This document shows positions 48,375 to 65,270 of a stretch of 248,000 bases of DNA, piece after piece. The notes below the pieces were generated by a model. The model saw nothing but the letters and a program-made list of their open reading frames with translations, was not told the origin of the DNA and ran no database searches. Source of the stretch: Octopus vulgaris. Taxonomy: Eukaryota. Position 1 is the stretch's first letter; each line of letters begins with the position of its first letter. The stretch covers positions 43,420,001 through 43,668,000 of the forward strand of contig OX597822.1 of assembly GCA_951406725.2 (NCBI GenBank), written 5' to 3'. The translations under genes were made by a program, and so were the position numbers.

Positions 48375-48960
48375 TAATAATTAAGGACTAATTGAATAAA
48401 AGCCAAGATAGACAAAAGCAAATTAGATTCCCAATGTAGATTATGCAAATCAAAAGAGGAAAGCCTTACTCACATAGTAAGCGATTGTAGCATGCTGGCA
48501 CAGAAAGAATACAAGAAAAACATGACCATCTAGGGGGAATAACCTATTGGGAGTTATCTAGAAGGCTTGTATTTGAACATACTAATAAATGGTATGAAGA
48601 TGAACCTAGTAAAAACTAGAAAGTAAGAAATATAAGATGTTCTAAGACTGATAAATTAATAGAAGCTAGGTCTGGGAATAGAAAGTACCAGATAATTGAC
48701 TTTACAGTGCCAAATGACGAAAACATTAACATGAGAAGTATAGAAAAATAGCAAACTACCAGGACCTAGCTGTTGAATTACAGAGACTATGGTAAGTGCA
48801 GGTAAAATGTATCCCAGTAGTTATAAGTGCATTGGGAACTATCCCTAAAGATTTGAACAGACGGATAGAAGAAATAGCCATAAAACTCACTTTAGTATAT
48901 CTGCAGAAAACAGTGTTATTAGGGTCAGCTAGGACACTTAGGAGGGTTCTTGGCATCTAA
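48375..48960 (+). mobile_element. Old R4-clade 3' fragment
   Basis: CRLCKSKEE, HDHL-like, KYQDLAVELQRL, IPVVISALG, QKTVLLG motifs. Confidence 0.65.
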
Positions 48961-49320
48961 GGTTATTTGTTGCAGCCCGATAGGAGGGTTCTTGGGGTCT
49001 AGGTCTACTTGTTTTAGCCCGATATTAGGTTTTTTTCTTTTCTAACAGTCTAATCTGTTGAGTGTATATGAAAATAATAATAATCTTTTCTGCTATAGGC
49101 ACAAAACCTGTATTTTGCGGGTAGGGGGTCAGTCGATCACATCGACCCCATTACTCAACTGGTACTTAATTTATCGTCCCGAAAGGATGAAAGGTGAAGT
49201 CGATCTCGGCGGAATTTGAACTCAGAATGTAGCGATGGGCGAAATACTGCGAAGCATTTCGTCCAGCGATTCTGCCAGCTCGCCGGTTCAATAATAATGA
49301 TAATGCTCATGATGATGATG

Positions 49321-49369
<49 letters not shown>

Positions 49370-49404
49370 CAACAATAATAATAATAATAATAATGATGAT
49401 GATG

Positions 49405-49468
<64 letters not shown>

Positions 49469-49482
49469 TGATGATGATGATG

Positions 49483-49564
<82 letters not shown>

Positions 49565-49572
49565 TGATGATG

Positions 49573-49660
<88 letters not shown>

Positions 49661-49669
49661 TGATAATGG

Positions 49670-49812
49670 TTTCAAACTTTGCCACAAGGACAGTAATTTT
49701 GGTGGAGAGGATGAATCGATTTCATCGCCTCCCAGTGTTCAACTGATTCTTTTTTTTAAGGACTACGAAAATATGAAGGACAATGTCAACCTCGTCGGAA
49801 TATAGCAATGTA

Positions 49813-49886
<74 letters not shown>

Positions 49887-49915
49887 TGATGATGATGATA
49901 ATAATAATAATAATA

Positions 49916-50009
<94 letters not shown>

Positions 50010-50170
50010 TAATACTGATGATGATAAGGGTTTCAAACTTTGCCACAAGGACAGTAATTTTGGTGGAGAGGATGAATCGATTTCATCGCCTCCCAGTGTT
50101 CAACTGATTCTTTTTTTAATGGACTACGAAAATATGAAGGGCAATGTCAACCTCGTCGGAATATAGCAAT

Positions 50171-50252
<82 letters not shown>

Positions 50253-50275
50253 TGATGATGATGATGATGATGATG

Positions 50276-50337
<62 letters not shown>

Positions 50338-50540
50338 CTGCTCTCTCACTCAATAATAATAATAATAATGATAATACTGATGATGATAAGGGTTTCAAAC
50401 TTTGCCACAAGGACAGTAATTTTGGTGGAGAGGATCAAACGATTTCATCGCCTCCCAGTGTTCAACTGATTCTTTTTTTTTATGGACTACGAAAATATGA
50501 AGGGCAATGTCAACCTCGTCGGAATATAGCAATGTAAATC
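49670..50540. repeat. Tandem triplication of a SINE remnant + (AAT)n
   Basis: Three near-identical ~140-bp blocks (49670, 50030, 50390) separated by differently expanded (AAT)/(GAT) tracts. Confidence 0.9.
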
Positions 50541-51259
<719 letters not shown>

Positions 51260-51268
51260 AATAATAAA

Positions 51269-51321
<53 letters not shown>

Positions 51322-51419
51322 TAACAGAGCTCTGAAATCTATCCACAAACATCGAAAACAAGGACATCGTATGAAACCAAAGATTTACTAACAAAGGATT
51401 GGACTGTACCCGAGTAAGT

Positions 51420-52100
51420 AATGCCATCAGAGCATCACAACAAATCACAGCATATACCTAAGGCACACAGAGCTGCACTCGGTAGTGAAGTGAAAGCACG
51501 CTATAAAAATAAAACTACTGAATGATAATAATAATAATAATAATACATTGGAAGCTATGCCAACATTATGGAATAACAACAGAAAAAAGATGGTATAGGC
51601 ACACACCAGAAAAGGTCACAGAAAACGAGAAAGCAATCATACTCTGGGATATGCCGATACACACAGATAGAGAAATTAAGGCCAACAGACCAGATATAGT
51701 TGTCAGAGATCATGAAGAAAAAATGCTTTCTAATTGATATATCAATACTGGCAGATGACAACGTTTCTCTAAAAGAAATGGAGAAACTCTCAAAATACAA
51801 AGGCCTGGAAATAGAGGTAACCAGAATGTGGAATCTAAAAACAGAAACAATTCCTATCATAGTAGGTGCATTAGGCATGATAAAAAAATATTCAGACAAA
51901 TACATAACAAAAACACCAGGACTTACAAACACATATAACATACAGAAAATTGCACTACTAGGCACTGCACACATCCTACGCAGAGCACTTTCCATACAAT
52001 AACCATCAGAGCATCACAACAAATCACAGCACATACCCAAGGCACACAGAGCTGCGCTCGATAGTTAAGTGAAAGCACGCTATAAAATAAAACTACTGAA
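51420..52100 (+). mobile_element. Two stacked Dong 3' fragments
   Basis: 3' UTR stub (51420-51520), then RLE-region fragment IHWKLCQHYG...QKIALLG ending aaaactactg(aat)n. Confidence 0.9.
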
Positions 52101-52119
52101 TAATAATAATAATAATAAG

Positions 52120-53225
52120 TAGTAAAGTCAAGTTCAATAGAATTAGATGTCGAAACAATAATAAAGGAACTTGAGCAGGAACAAACCTATAAATACCTAG
52201 GAATAAATGAAGGCTCTGGTATCCAGCATGCAAGTATGAATGAGAAAGTTAGGAAGGAATGTTATAAAAGAGTACGAGCAATCCTGAAGTCTGAGCTGAA
52301 TGCATATAATAAGGTGTTAGCCATAAATTTCTTAGCAGTCCCAGTTGTTCTTTATAGCTTCAATGTACTTAACTGGAATACCAGTGAAATAATGAAAATT
52401 GATAGAAAAATCCGCAAGGTACTGACTTGTAATAAGAAGCACCATCCAAAGGCAGACGTGGATCGTCTTTACCTTCCTAGAGCTCAGGGACGTCGAGGTC
52501 TGATCCAGCTTGAACTTACATACAAGACCATCACAATCGGACTGGCCAAATACCTTGAAGCAACTAACGATTGGATGCTAAAACTTGTTGAAAAACATGA
52601 AAGACCGAAAAACTTCACTCTATTTTGAAAGAGAGCAAAAAAATCGCTACTGATGTCTTAGATACCTCCCAGATTGATCAGGTTGAAGGAAATACGCCAA
52701 CTGATGCTGCAAAGAAAATAAGATTAATTGAAAAGACAAAAGCTAATAAACCGGATATTATTATAAAAGATCAGACAAAAAAGATGTGTTTATTAATTGA
52801 CATGAGTATTCCTTGCGATCACAATATAGAGGCGAAAGAATATGACAAGATCAGTAAATATAAAGATTTGCTAATAGAAATTGAAAAAAATTTGGCATAT
52901 CAATGCGACTACAGCACCAGTGATTATAGGATCTCTAGGAATGATAAAAAAAGGTAATGAAACCTGTTTGAAAATGATGCCAGGCTTACCATTCCTACAG
53001 GAGATGCAAAAAATCGTGTTAACTGGTACGGCTCATGTACTGAGAAGAGCATTTTCGCCGTGAAAACGACATCCATTCATAAATTTATTTATTTATTCAT
53101 TTTTTAAATGCATATTTACCTGTGAATTTGCGTGTGTAATCTGGGAATGCATACGATGAGCTTCTCTGCCCTAGGTGTACAGAAAACACTCGGCGAGAAA
53201 CGGAAGAAAATTTGAAGAAAGAAGG
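52120..53225 (+). mobile_element. R4-clade LINE family 3, internally deleted 3' fragment
   Basis: TYKYLG, LKSELNAYNK, HHPKADVDRLY, KPDIIIKD, QKIVLTG; same 3' UTR at 176950-177130. Confidence 0.85.
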
Positions 53226-53269
53226 AAAAAATAACAATAATGATAATAATAATAATACTAATAATAATA

Positions 53270-53361
<92 letters not shown>

Positions 53362-54140
53362 GCCCTGATGCAGTACCAGGCAGTGGCTCTCATGGCTTCT
53401 TATCTTAACTGATTGCAAGTGTTATCATGTACATTGTTTTGTCTTGGTATAAAAGATGGGCTACAGCAAATATTCTGCTCAATACCACTGATTTGCTTGT
53501 CAGTTGTTTGACCTTAACCAGTTGACTATGTTCCTTAGTGGCTGACGATATGTGCATCTCTGATCATGAGCAGAAGTTGTGGGGGAGCATCATACCTGTT
53601 TGTTGAGAGGGATTCTTTGGGGTTTGAATAAGTCACCTCTGGAATATGGGTGTTTCGTTCAACATCCTAAAGCAACCCTTATTCAGGGACCTTTTGAGCA
53701 GGATGGGCTACTCAACCTGAAGAAAATTCTAACTGGGCCCCACCTGCAAGGTCATGTGCTGTTTATCTTGATATGAGTTCACCATGTCGCGCACATATGG
53801 TTGTGATGCATGTGCCTGGTGTACCTTCATCAGACGGGTAGTCATGATGGGTATATTGGGTATATGATGGGTATATCAACATTCTTAGACAACCCTTATT
53901 CAGGGACCTTTTGAGCGGAATGGATTATTCGACCAAAAGAAAAAAAAACTTCTAAGTGGGCCCCACCTGCAAGGTCATGTGCTGTTTCTTTTATTAATAT
54001 GAGATCACCATGTCGCGCACATATGGTTGTGATGCATGTGCCTAGTGTATCCTTATTAGACGGGTAGTCATGATGAGTATACTGGGCTTCGTATATTTTA
54101 CCCCAGTGTCACTTTGATGGCATGCACTGCTCTCTCACTC
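53362..54140 (+). mobile_element. ~555-bp element with internal ~200-bp duplication
   Basis: Same 5' and 3' ends as the 50705 copy; segment 53660-53860 is repeated at 53890-54090. Confidence 0.85.
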
Positions 54141-54168
54141 AATAATAATATTAATAATGATAATAATA

Positions 54169-54279
<111 letters not shown>

Positions 54280-56403
54280 AAGAAGAAGAAGAAGAAGAAG
54301 AAGAAGAAGAAAAAGAAGAAAATCTTAGGATATTTTTGTACCAGAGATTATTTTATCAGTTTGGTTTGGAGGAAGGGATTGAGAGCATGGCCTGTTGGAA
54401 TGATCAATGCCGAAATAGCTCTCGTCAAATATTCGCTGGATCAAGGCTGGGTAAGGGTTAAACAGCAGCAGTACCTGCACCAATAACAGCAGCAGCAGCA
54501 ACAGCTCCCCACATATGGTAATGAATTAGAAATTAAGAAAGTATAGCTATGTGGTTAAGAAGTTCGCTTTGGAACCACAAGTATTCCGATTCAGTCTCAC
54601 TGTACAGGTACTTTGGGAAAGTATCTTCTACTACAGCCCCAGGCCGACCAATTTCTTGTGAATGAGTTTATTAGACAGAAACTATATGGAAGTGTACCGC
54701 CTGGAAAGTTTTAGTCCAGCAAATCAAACTACTGCTCATTTTGAAGTCTGATAAATATTCTGCAAAGTTACGAGAAGGTAAACGAATCAGTTCTTTTTTT
54801 TATCAAGTTCTGTGGGGCACGAAGCAAAAACACAAAGTCAGACAGACAGACCCACATATGAAAGACATATAGAATAACTATGAGGCTTAAAAATAAGAAC
54901 TGAATAAGAAATGAAGTCAGTTTACTCCACTAAATAGTTCAAGGCGGTACCCCAGCATAGTCGCAGTCCAAAGACTGAAATAAGTAGATGAAAAATATAA
55001 AGGAAATTCTGTTCACTATATTCAAAATGAGATGACAAAGAAGAAGAGGAACACACAGAAAAGAGGAAAAATCACACAAATGATGTATACACGCTCACCC
55101 CTCATCACTTATGGACCAAACGCCGTTACAATTTCAACACGATATCAATAAAATTGTTCAAGTTGGTGGCGTCAACACTAAAAAGCTGCCGGGGTTATAA
55201 ATCAGCGAAAATGTAGGACAGAACGAGACAAGCACGAACAAACAACAAAGTACAAACAAGAAAGGAGGAAAAACGATTTTGATTCATTCAATATTATATT
55301 AAAACTAAAGTGGTAGCGGTTGTCCGGAAAATATAAGTGTGGGTTCTGAGATTTTTGGAAAATCGTTTAATGGGTTCCACAATGAAATCAGTTGGTAACT
55401 TCTGTAGTAGGTGATTGGTCTGACTCAATTAAATGCCATTGAAGCTTCACCATTTATTACATAGTTGTTACGTTAGAGTTAATATAGTTTGAGTAGACTT
55501 ATTGATTAAATGTTTTATACGGATGAAATCTAGGGTGCTTCATACAGTTTATTAACTGTTTCTAAGTAAGAAAAAGAAGATAAGAAAGTAGGAGGGGGGA
55601 GTAAGAAAGAAGGAAAGAGAGAAAGTGTGAGGCGGGAGGAAAGGGAAAAAAGGGAGAAATGAAAAGGCGAGAATAAAAAGGAACTAAAATGATTTTTAAA
55701 AAGAAAAAAAAGATTAATAAAGAAAAGTAAAATAGCAGAAGTAAGAACACCAACAAAAAGAAGAGAATTAACAGAGGATCAGTCATTCAAATTTTGCCCC
55801 GAAGTATTATTATATGGAGAGGCAGGGAGATAGGAAGAGCGAGGATGAGAGCGGGAGAAAGTGAGACCGAGGAAAAGGAACAGAAAGAGGGAGAGAGAGA
55901 GAATGAGAGAAGAGAGTGAGAGAAAAACTAAGTCAGTTATACTGGAACAATTTGTTTACGATCACAGCTATCAACATATCAAGTTATCGTCGATATCTAA
56001 ACCTTGAATCAAAATGGCGAAACTTCACTTTTTCGGCTTTTTATTTTTTTTCTACGTGGAAGGCGACAGAGATCAAATTACGTCATTTGATCCGCTATCT
56101 AATTTTTTTACCATGTTTTCAAACCTTCAAGTCATTTAATATTATATTAATATAATGAAGATCTTCTGATCGTTTATTATGTGTGATTATATGTATGTAC
56201 GTACACACGAACATACACGTAAATGTATGTGTATGAATGAATGTATGTGTGTATGTATGCGTCTACATGTGGCTTTAGATCACGACATTTATTTCTGTGT
56301 GTGTGTATAAAAGTAAAGTACGTGTCTGTGTATGTATACATGCGTGTGAGTGCATTTATGTCTGTATATATATATATATACATATGTATACACATATTCA
56401 CCC

Positions 56404-56494
<91 letters not shown>

Positions 56495-56785
56495 GTCTAC
56501 CTGCCTGTCTATATGTCTATCTATCCATATATATATATATATACATGTGCAGAAACAGAAAGATGGTTATTTGTGTACACCTAAACGTGTGACTAGTTGA
56601 TAGGTGTAAAAAAATAACGACGAAAGCTTGTAGTCTAATGAAAAACATCCGCCTTGTTAAAGGCGATGGTTTTGAAGTTGCTGGTGGTGGTGGGGCGGAG
56701 TGTCAATGATAATAATAATGAGGATAATGAAAGGAGGGAAGGGCTGAGGTGGTGTTGCTTTTGATGCTGGTGGTGATGATGTTAT

Positions 56786-56903
<118 letters not shown>

Positions 56904-56930
56904 ATATATATATATATATATGTATATATA

Positions 56931-57026
<96 letters not shown>

Positions 57027-57694
57027 GCGGAATTGAAAATTAGGTCAATCAAGAATCGGATATCGAGGAATATGAGCGGAATGTTTATAATAATGGCCGT
57101 TTGTAACTATTTGTTGTTGCTGTTGTTTTAATCTGACTCTATTATGAGCGAATGCATTACAACAATGAATATCTCGTCTTTTTATAATCCTATTCGTTTT
57201 TGATCAAAATTAGCGGCTCCGATTTATATTACACAATGTAACACGGTGTTTGTTCTAGGGTAGCAACTGTTATTTCCTATTTGCTCACCCATAGAAAGTA
57301 TAGAAATAGCTCGCTTTTCCTTCAAAATTTGTTTTTGTTTCATTTACTAAAATCCCAAAGATTCCTCTCTCATCACATGGCTACGATGCTTCCCCCACTA
57401 CTTCTGCTCGTGAGCAGAGATGCACATATTGTCAGCCACGGAGGGGCAGGCTCAAGTGGTTACGGTCAAGCAACTGATACACAAATCTGTAGTATTGAAC
57501 AGAATGTTTGCTGTAACGATATTTCTGCTTTAGCAAATCAGCACTAAATCTGACTGAAATATAATGGAAAATAGATCAATTTCAAAACATTGATGTCAGA
57601 TCACAGTAGCAAAGTTTGAAGGGAATAGTAGTCATTTCCTTTGATTTTTAGATAGAATCAAATAGGAAATAACAATTACTGACCAAAATAATTA

Positions 57695-58259
57695 TTGGGT
57701 GTCAGGAAAGTTCATGCCAATTTATAGTAGCTTACCTTTCGAATTATTTTAGAACATGGTTGAGTCCAGAAAATAGGATTTGACTATATCTCCATTTAGA
57801 GCACAGTTTAAGCTATCTTTTCGTGGAAGAAGGTCTATGTTCCTATAATCTGTGTTAATTCTGTAACCATTTAAAATGGGAGATAAGAAAGTTCATTTTC
57901 GGCACTTGATGCTTTGGGAACCAGACAAAAATTGCTGCTGCTCAGCTGGGATGTGTTACCCCACCCTCCATATTCACCAGGTATTGCTCCTTCGGATTTC
58001 CACTTATTCAGGTCTCTGCAGAATAGTCTTAATGATAAAAATTTCAATTCCTTAGAAGACATAAAAAGATACCTTGATGAATTCTTTGCCAAGAAGCCAC
58101 CTCAATTCTGGGAAGAGGGTATTTTCAAGTTAAAGGCAAGATGGAGACGCATCGTGCAACAAAATGGTTTATATTTGGTTGATTAAAATTGTAATGGCAA
58201 GTATTTATAGACCTTTTTCTTTCCTTTAAAAGTCGGTACGAAATTTCCGGACAACCTAA
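57695..58259 (+). mobile_element. Internally deleted mariner
   Basis: TA-flanked imperfect TIRs (ttgggtgtcaggaaag / aatttccggacaacctaa); WDVLPHPPYSPGIAPSDFHLFRSLQN. Confidence 0.9.
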
Positions 58260-60119
58260 TAAATAAAGAAAAGACTGTGTTATCCAAACTTTCTCCTTTT
58301 AAAAGGCCGCAAAATGTTCTTTGGGGCAAAGAAGCTTTTAGAATAAAAGTATGTATGACTAACAGGAAGCTCAAGTGATAAACGATGCGTTTGAGAAGAG
58401 AAGCAGGTGACACGTGTTAAGGTCTTGACTGAGAATCGTCGACCTGAAAGTTCACCCAAGTAATGACAATGGATATATTTACAGAAAAGAGAACTGAGCT
58501 GCATTCCGACAATGAGCCAAAAAGAAAGAAGAGGAGCTACCGGTCATAACTCAATTCGCAATTCGAAGAAACAAAATACTCACAGGAAGAGTTAATAATT
58601 TCTAGTTTATAAGATTATCTTTGGCGACTTAAGTTGCTGTGACTTTCATCCTGTACCACAATCAATCATACTCCAGGCTCAGCTTTGTGTCCACACCTCA
58701 GACAGTGTTTAGATTTCTCATTGTTTATTTTCTAATTTATTAAATTTGTTTTTATGCATTTTCATATGTTGACCGTTTTAGAATGATATTTTGTAGTTTC
58801 GTATACTGTATAGTTTTTAGCTTTTTCGCAATTTCATCGTTGATTTCCTCTCTTTTCACAGCTGTCTGTTACTTCAGCTACTGTTTTATATTTGTTGGCT
58901 TCCCAGAAGACAAAAAACTTTTGTTTTGTATGTGTTTTGTAGCTATTTGTAATAATTTTCAATTTATTTTTTTGCTATTGTTCTTTACAAAGCGCAGCTG
59001 AAGAAAAAAGCATTTCTATTTGAATGAGTTTCTTCAAGGAGATTCCATTTGAAACACTTTGGATGTCTCTTCACACCGGGAATGACATGAGGTTTGTTTG
59101 TTTTGGATACTTTTTAACATAAATTTATTTTGTTTAGATTCAACTTAAAATGGCTTCTTGCCAAAAGGAAGAAAACCCCACCCAACAAGATATTTGAAAT
59201 CAACACATCAGCATAGAAGAAAAGAAAGAATAGAAATTTAATTACACAGCAGAACATCGGTATTCAACACGGAAAACTTAATGACCTTTTGACATATAAT
59301 AATGATATTAATTGGAAAAATTTCAACGATATAATTAACAAAAACGACAACAATAATGAATAACAACAATGCAAACTCTTAGTTTGCCAAATGAAGAAAA
59401 AAAGGAAAAAATAAGTCAAGCGACAAAAGTAGGATTGTCTGTTTTTCTTTTGCTCATGCTGCTAATGATACAGAATTGCTGGATATATATTCTCTGAGAC
59501 AAAATATGCTTGGAAGTATTGCGTGACCAGAGAGGGTGCTTCTCTACCTGAGATTTTCATCCAAGATTGAGAAAAGAATGCCTGTAGAGGATTGCATGCT
59601 AGATTTAAAAAAACTAAGAACGATTGAAGAAGAAAACTGTGTTTGTTCCCTTCAAACCTACCCATAGACTAATGTTAAAATATGCGTAATAACGTAATAG
59701 GAGTGACAAAATGGTGGAAGTTGGCAATGATGGTGGATCGCTGGTATGTTTGTAGGCTAGCAAATCCGCCACTATATAAGTTATAAACTGTTATGGCAAT
59801 GAAGAACTCACTTGAAATCACCGTCGGAAATAAATAAAAATAGTCAAATCTCGCTGAAACAAACTTTGCGAAGACGATAATACGGAGCTCAACAGCATCC
59901 ACTAACCTCCACCCTCCGCCTCAAAATTGCTACGCGTCTGCCTAAAAACTGGCAGAGATGAAAGAATATATGATAATTAGGGTTTTTCTGGTATTTGATG
60001 TTTAAGAGTGTCATTTGTTATTACATTCAAAGCCCCGATGGTTTCAAGTACGGATGTCGTTCTTAGAATCCTCATTTTAAAACCGCTAATTTAAGGTCAG
60101 TTTATTTACTTAGCTTTTC

Positions 60120-60560
60120 CAATGATTTTACAAAATTGTTGGCGTCTCCTGGGATTGATTTATCGCGGAAGTGTCAGCAGATGGAACTGTTGGAGGTCCA
60201 CGTTTTGCGACGAAACCATATTGCTTTTACTCACGTAGCGTCCAAGCATTTATGACTCGTTGAGTTATGTCGAACAGCTGTCATCGCATGCAGGAAGAAA
60301 CTGACTTTCGGCCGAGTCCATTATGAGGACTGCTCTGACACCTTTAAAAAGGCAGAACAGGCGGTGTTCCTCTCTCTATTGGCTATAGTTGTGTGACAGA
60401 CGAGGCTAAAATTACTGAAGAAAGTCACTTTTGTTCTTCGGCGGAGCTCTCATCGTTATCATAAAGAAAGTGCTCTCTTTCTCTCTCTCTCAGTGGGTTT
60501 GTCAAAAAGTGGGTGATTGTGGCAAAAGAAAGGTTTCAGTGAAAGGTGCTACTCTTAGCA
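60120..60560 (+). mobile_element. Ancient Tx1-like 3' fragment
   Basis: YVEQLSSHAGR..SAESIM..EQAVFLSLLAIVV..TRLKLL aligns with the C-terminus of the younger Tx1 copies. Confidence 0.55.
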
Positions 60561-61884
60561 TGCACCTGTAGATTGGATGAAAATTCATGACTTTGTTGGT
60601 CAGGGTAATTCTGGATCTATGGATCCTGTGATTGCCCTTAGTTGGAATGTATCAGAAGGACTGCATCATTCGTGTTATATACTGTAAATATGTATAATGA
60701 TATGTATTCTTCTATCACATTTCATCATCTTTCCCGCTTTCTTTCTCCTCAGCGTTTATATAACCCACCACCCATAAATTGAAGATCGTCCTTGTCATGT
60801 GCCCCTCATGTATGCCCCTGTGGAACATAAAAGAAATCATCATCATACAAAGATAACAAACAAAAAAACAAAAACAATTGCAGTGTGGAAGCTGTTTATA
60901 AGCCATTTAAGAAACACAAAAAAAACGTTAGATTCACTTCAACATTTAAATTTAATTTGCCAAAATATTTTCGTCAATTTGAGACCGCGACCTGTTCACT
61001 GACACAATACCGTGCTGTTTTCGTTCCAGCACACGATCTTAGATCAGGTCACTTGCTATGCAAGTACATCTCCGTAATTCCCAAAACACAAAAAGGAAAC
61101 TCTTTTATAAAGAGTAATTTTTATATTTGCTTGTTGCAAGGTCAGTGACTGGTTGTCACTTATTTTCTATACACTACAAGCTGGAGCGAACTACTGCCGT
61201 ATGTAGCGGACGGGTATCCACCACCGAGAAGGATGAGCACAAAAAGCTCGAAATCGTATGGTTTGGTGGTCGTGTCGCTTGAAAATATTAGGGGTTCGCT
61301 CCCCTGCTTGTAATATATATTGGGTGCAGATTGCCTCGAATAGCCATTCTTCTTTAAATCTTCTTTGTGTCTTGCTTGTGTCATCATGGCCTCCTCAAAT
61401 ACTTTCACTCCACTTCACTCCTGGCGGGGTTAAAATGGTAGTAACGTCAGTTCCTACAGGACAGCCATATTGAAGTGGCGATAAACATTTTTTGTCAGTA
61501 CAGTTACTATTTTCATCTTTTATAGAAATTTTCTAAAGTTTTTATATTTATTTTCACTTTACATAAGTACATCCTAAAATATTTGTTAGTCTCTCATACA
61601 ATTAAATTTACAATCTCGTTATTGAAAAGTGCCGTAAAATATTCACTTCCCTTTGCATCCGGCATGAGCATAAATTCATTTGTGATTTCCACATTGCACA
61701 AATGTACATCAATTAATGGCCTCCGCTGTTCTCTAATGAAACTTCAATTGTTAATGTCCGCCACTTACGACTGAATCCAAGACAGCGTGTCTGATTCCAC
61801 TTGTATCATATTCCATACAATAACGGCTGTAATTCTTCTGTAGATTCCAGCCATTGAGTGAATGGAAGCTTAGGTTACAATATA

Positions 61885-62010
61885 CAGGGTGATTCAAAAG
61901 TCACCATACATAGGAAAAAAATTTTTGTAGGAAACAGTTAAATAAAAAAAAAACTATTTATAATTAAAAAGTAAATTGCTCTTATGTATGGCGACTTTTG
62001 AATCACCCTG
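61885..62010. mobile_element. Tc1/mariner-type MITE
   Basis: TIR CAGGGTGATTCAAAAGTC(A/G)CCATACATA at both ends, TA target duplication. Confidence 0.9.
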
Positions 62011-62810
62011 TATATTAGAACACACTCGTCTATATCATTATCTTTATGATCAAGGCGGCGAGGTGGCAGAATAGTTAAAACGCTGGACGAAATATAAGCG
62101 GTATTCGCCCTTCGCTACGTTCTGTGTTTAAATTCCGCCGAGGTCGACTTTACCTTTCATCCTTTCGGGGTCGATAAATTAAGTACTAGCAAAATAGTGG
62201 GGTCAAAAAAATCGACTTATTCCCTGCCTCAAAAATAGCTGCCCTTGTGGAAAAATTTGAAACCATTTTTATCTTTATAATATATATACGGGTATGTTGA
62301 ATGCATCAGCATAACATTATTATGAAATACTGTGAAAGAAAAACAGATGCATCTAGATGTGAAAATATGATGCCTCCCCCCATCGAATCTGATTTCATTG
62401 TTATGAACGATCCATCAGTCGGGAAGCCAGAAGTCAAAATAATCAGAGCAATATCTAGTCACCATTGTGAAGCTTAGAAGACAGTTCGGTGATGAATTTT
62501 GATTGAGATTATAATATAATCGAAAGTTTATGAAATGGATGTAAGACTGGGCTGCTGTATGAAAGGTAACTACCCTGTCCTTTTATGCTTGCAATTCGAA
62601 GTATGACACAGAATCTAGTTGTGTAAAAATTCACATAAGTGTTAAATATCAATATTGCATAAAACTGATGTTACTGTCCATGCGTTAGATATTGCAGAAA
62701 CCAATGCATTTATATAATGAACACACGCACATATGTCTGTATCCATATATATGTGCATGTATGTATTTATCCAAATATGTATCTATATACGTATATATAT
62801 ATATACACAC

Positions 62811-62851
<41 letters not shown>

Positions 62852-62981
62852 TATAAAATGCATACATAAACATACATACATACACATACATAAATATATA
62901 TATGAATATATATGTATATCCATGTTTGTATATATGTGTATATATACATATATGAATGTACACACATACACACATATATAT

Positions 62982-63032
<51 letters not shown>

Positions 63033-63034
63033 AC

Positions 63035-63882
<848 letters not shown>

Positions 63883-64734
63883 CACACACACATATGTTCT
63901 TACGTTCATAAGTAGATATATACATTTATCTATGTATGTATGAAGGTATCTATCTATCCATTTATCGACCTATTTGTATACGTATATATATATATATATA
64001 TATGCATACACGCACAAACATATTCCTTCTCATATTATTGTCATCGTAGACGTTTGAAATCATAATTTAGAAACTTATATATATATATATATATTCTAAC
64101 AATGTATCAATCTGAAAAACAACGGGTAATTTAGTGTTAACATACTTTAATATTTTAATATTTTAATGCACGGACTATTACACATCTAAGCAGGAATTAA
64201 AATCTGTGGCGAGAAAATTGAAAATAGCAAAAAAATAAATAAAAATGCAACGAATTTGATCTAATACTAATATACTATATTTTCATTTCATTTCCGGTGA
64301 GTGAATATTTATGTTATCATTGAAAAGAGGAATTTTATGAAATTGAACAAATAAACATAAATATAGAACAATTCAAATGCTATTTATCGTTTGTGTTTTT
64401 CTTTTATTTTTTTTTCTTGTTTCTGTTAGTTTTTTGTTTTTCTTTAATTTATTTTTGTAATCAAAAGTTTGATCTAGTTGTTTGCACAATTTATTCTGCA
64501 GATAGATTATATATAGATTTCTGTTTAATTATTTATGCATTTCAGTATATTTTTATGTGTTAATTATAAATAGGCGCAGGCATGGCCGTGTGGTAAGTAT
64601 GTTGTTTCGTGACCACATCGTTCCGGGTTTACTCCCACTACGTGACACCTTGGGTAAACGTCTTCTAATATAGCCTCGGGCCGACAAAAGCCTTGTGAGT
64701 GAATTTGGTAGACGTAAACTGAAAAAAACCCGTC

Positions 64735-64780
<46 letters not shown>

Positions 64781-65270
64781 CATTTTCATATATCCATGTG
64801 TGTATGAGTCTGTGTTTGTTACCCCTCCTTTGCCTGACAACCGATGCTGGTCTGCTTACCTCCCCGTAACTTAGCAGTTCAGCAAAAGTGACCGAATGAG
64901 AACTAGGCTTACAAAGAATACGTCCTGGGGTAGATTTCTTCGATTAAAAACCCGAAACAAGTAAAAGAATATAAGAATATAGGTAAACATGTACACATAC
65001 GCCCAGAAGCTTTTTCCATTTGACAGTCGTATCGTTAATCAAATATATTCAATGAGAATACAATATACTGAATTTCTGATAAGTGTACTTGGTAGGGAAA
65101 TGTCTGAGACATTTAAGCTATGCATCCATTTAATAAGACCGATTATATATTATATTATAAAATAAGAGTAGGAAAATTACATCCATATACGTCCAAAATA
65201 TTATTGTATGACTAGATATATACAGGATAATTAAATCTGAGAATGAGATTGAAACAGTAATCGCCCGATA

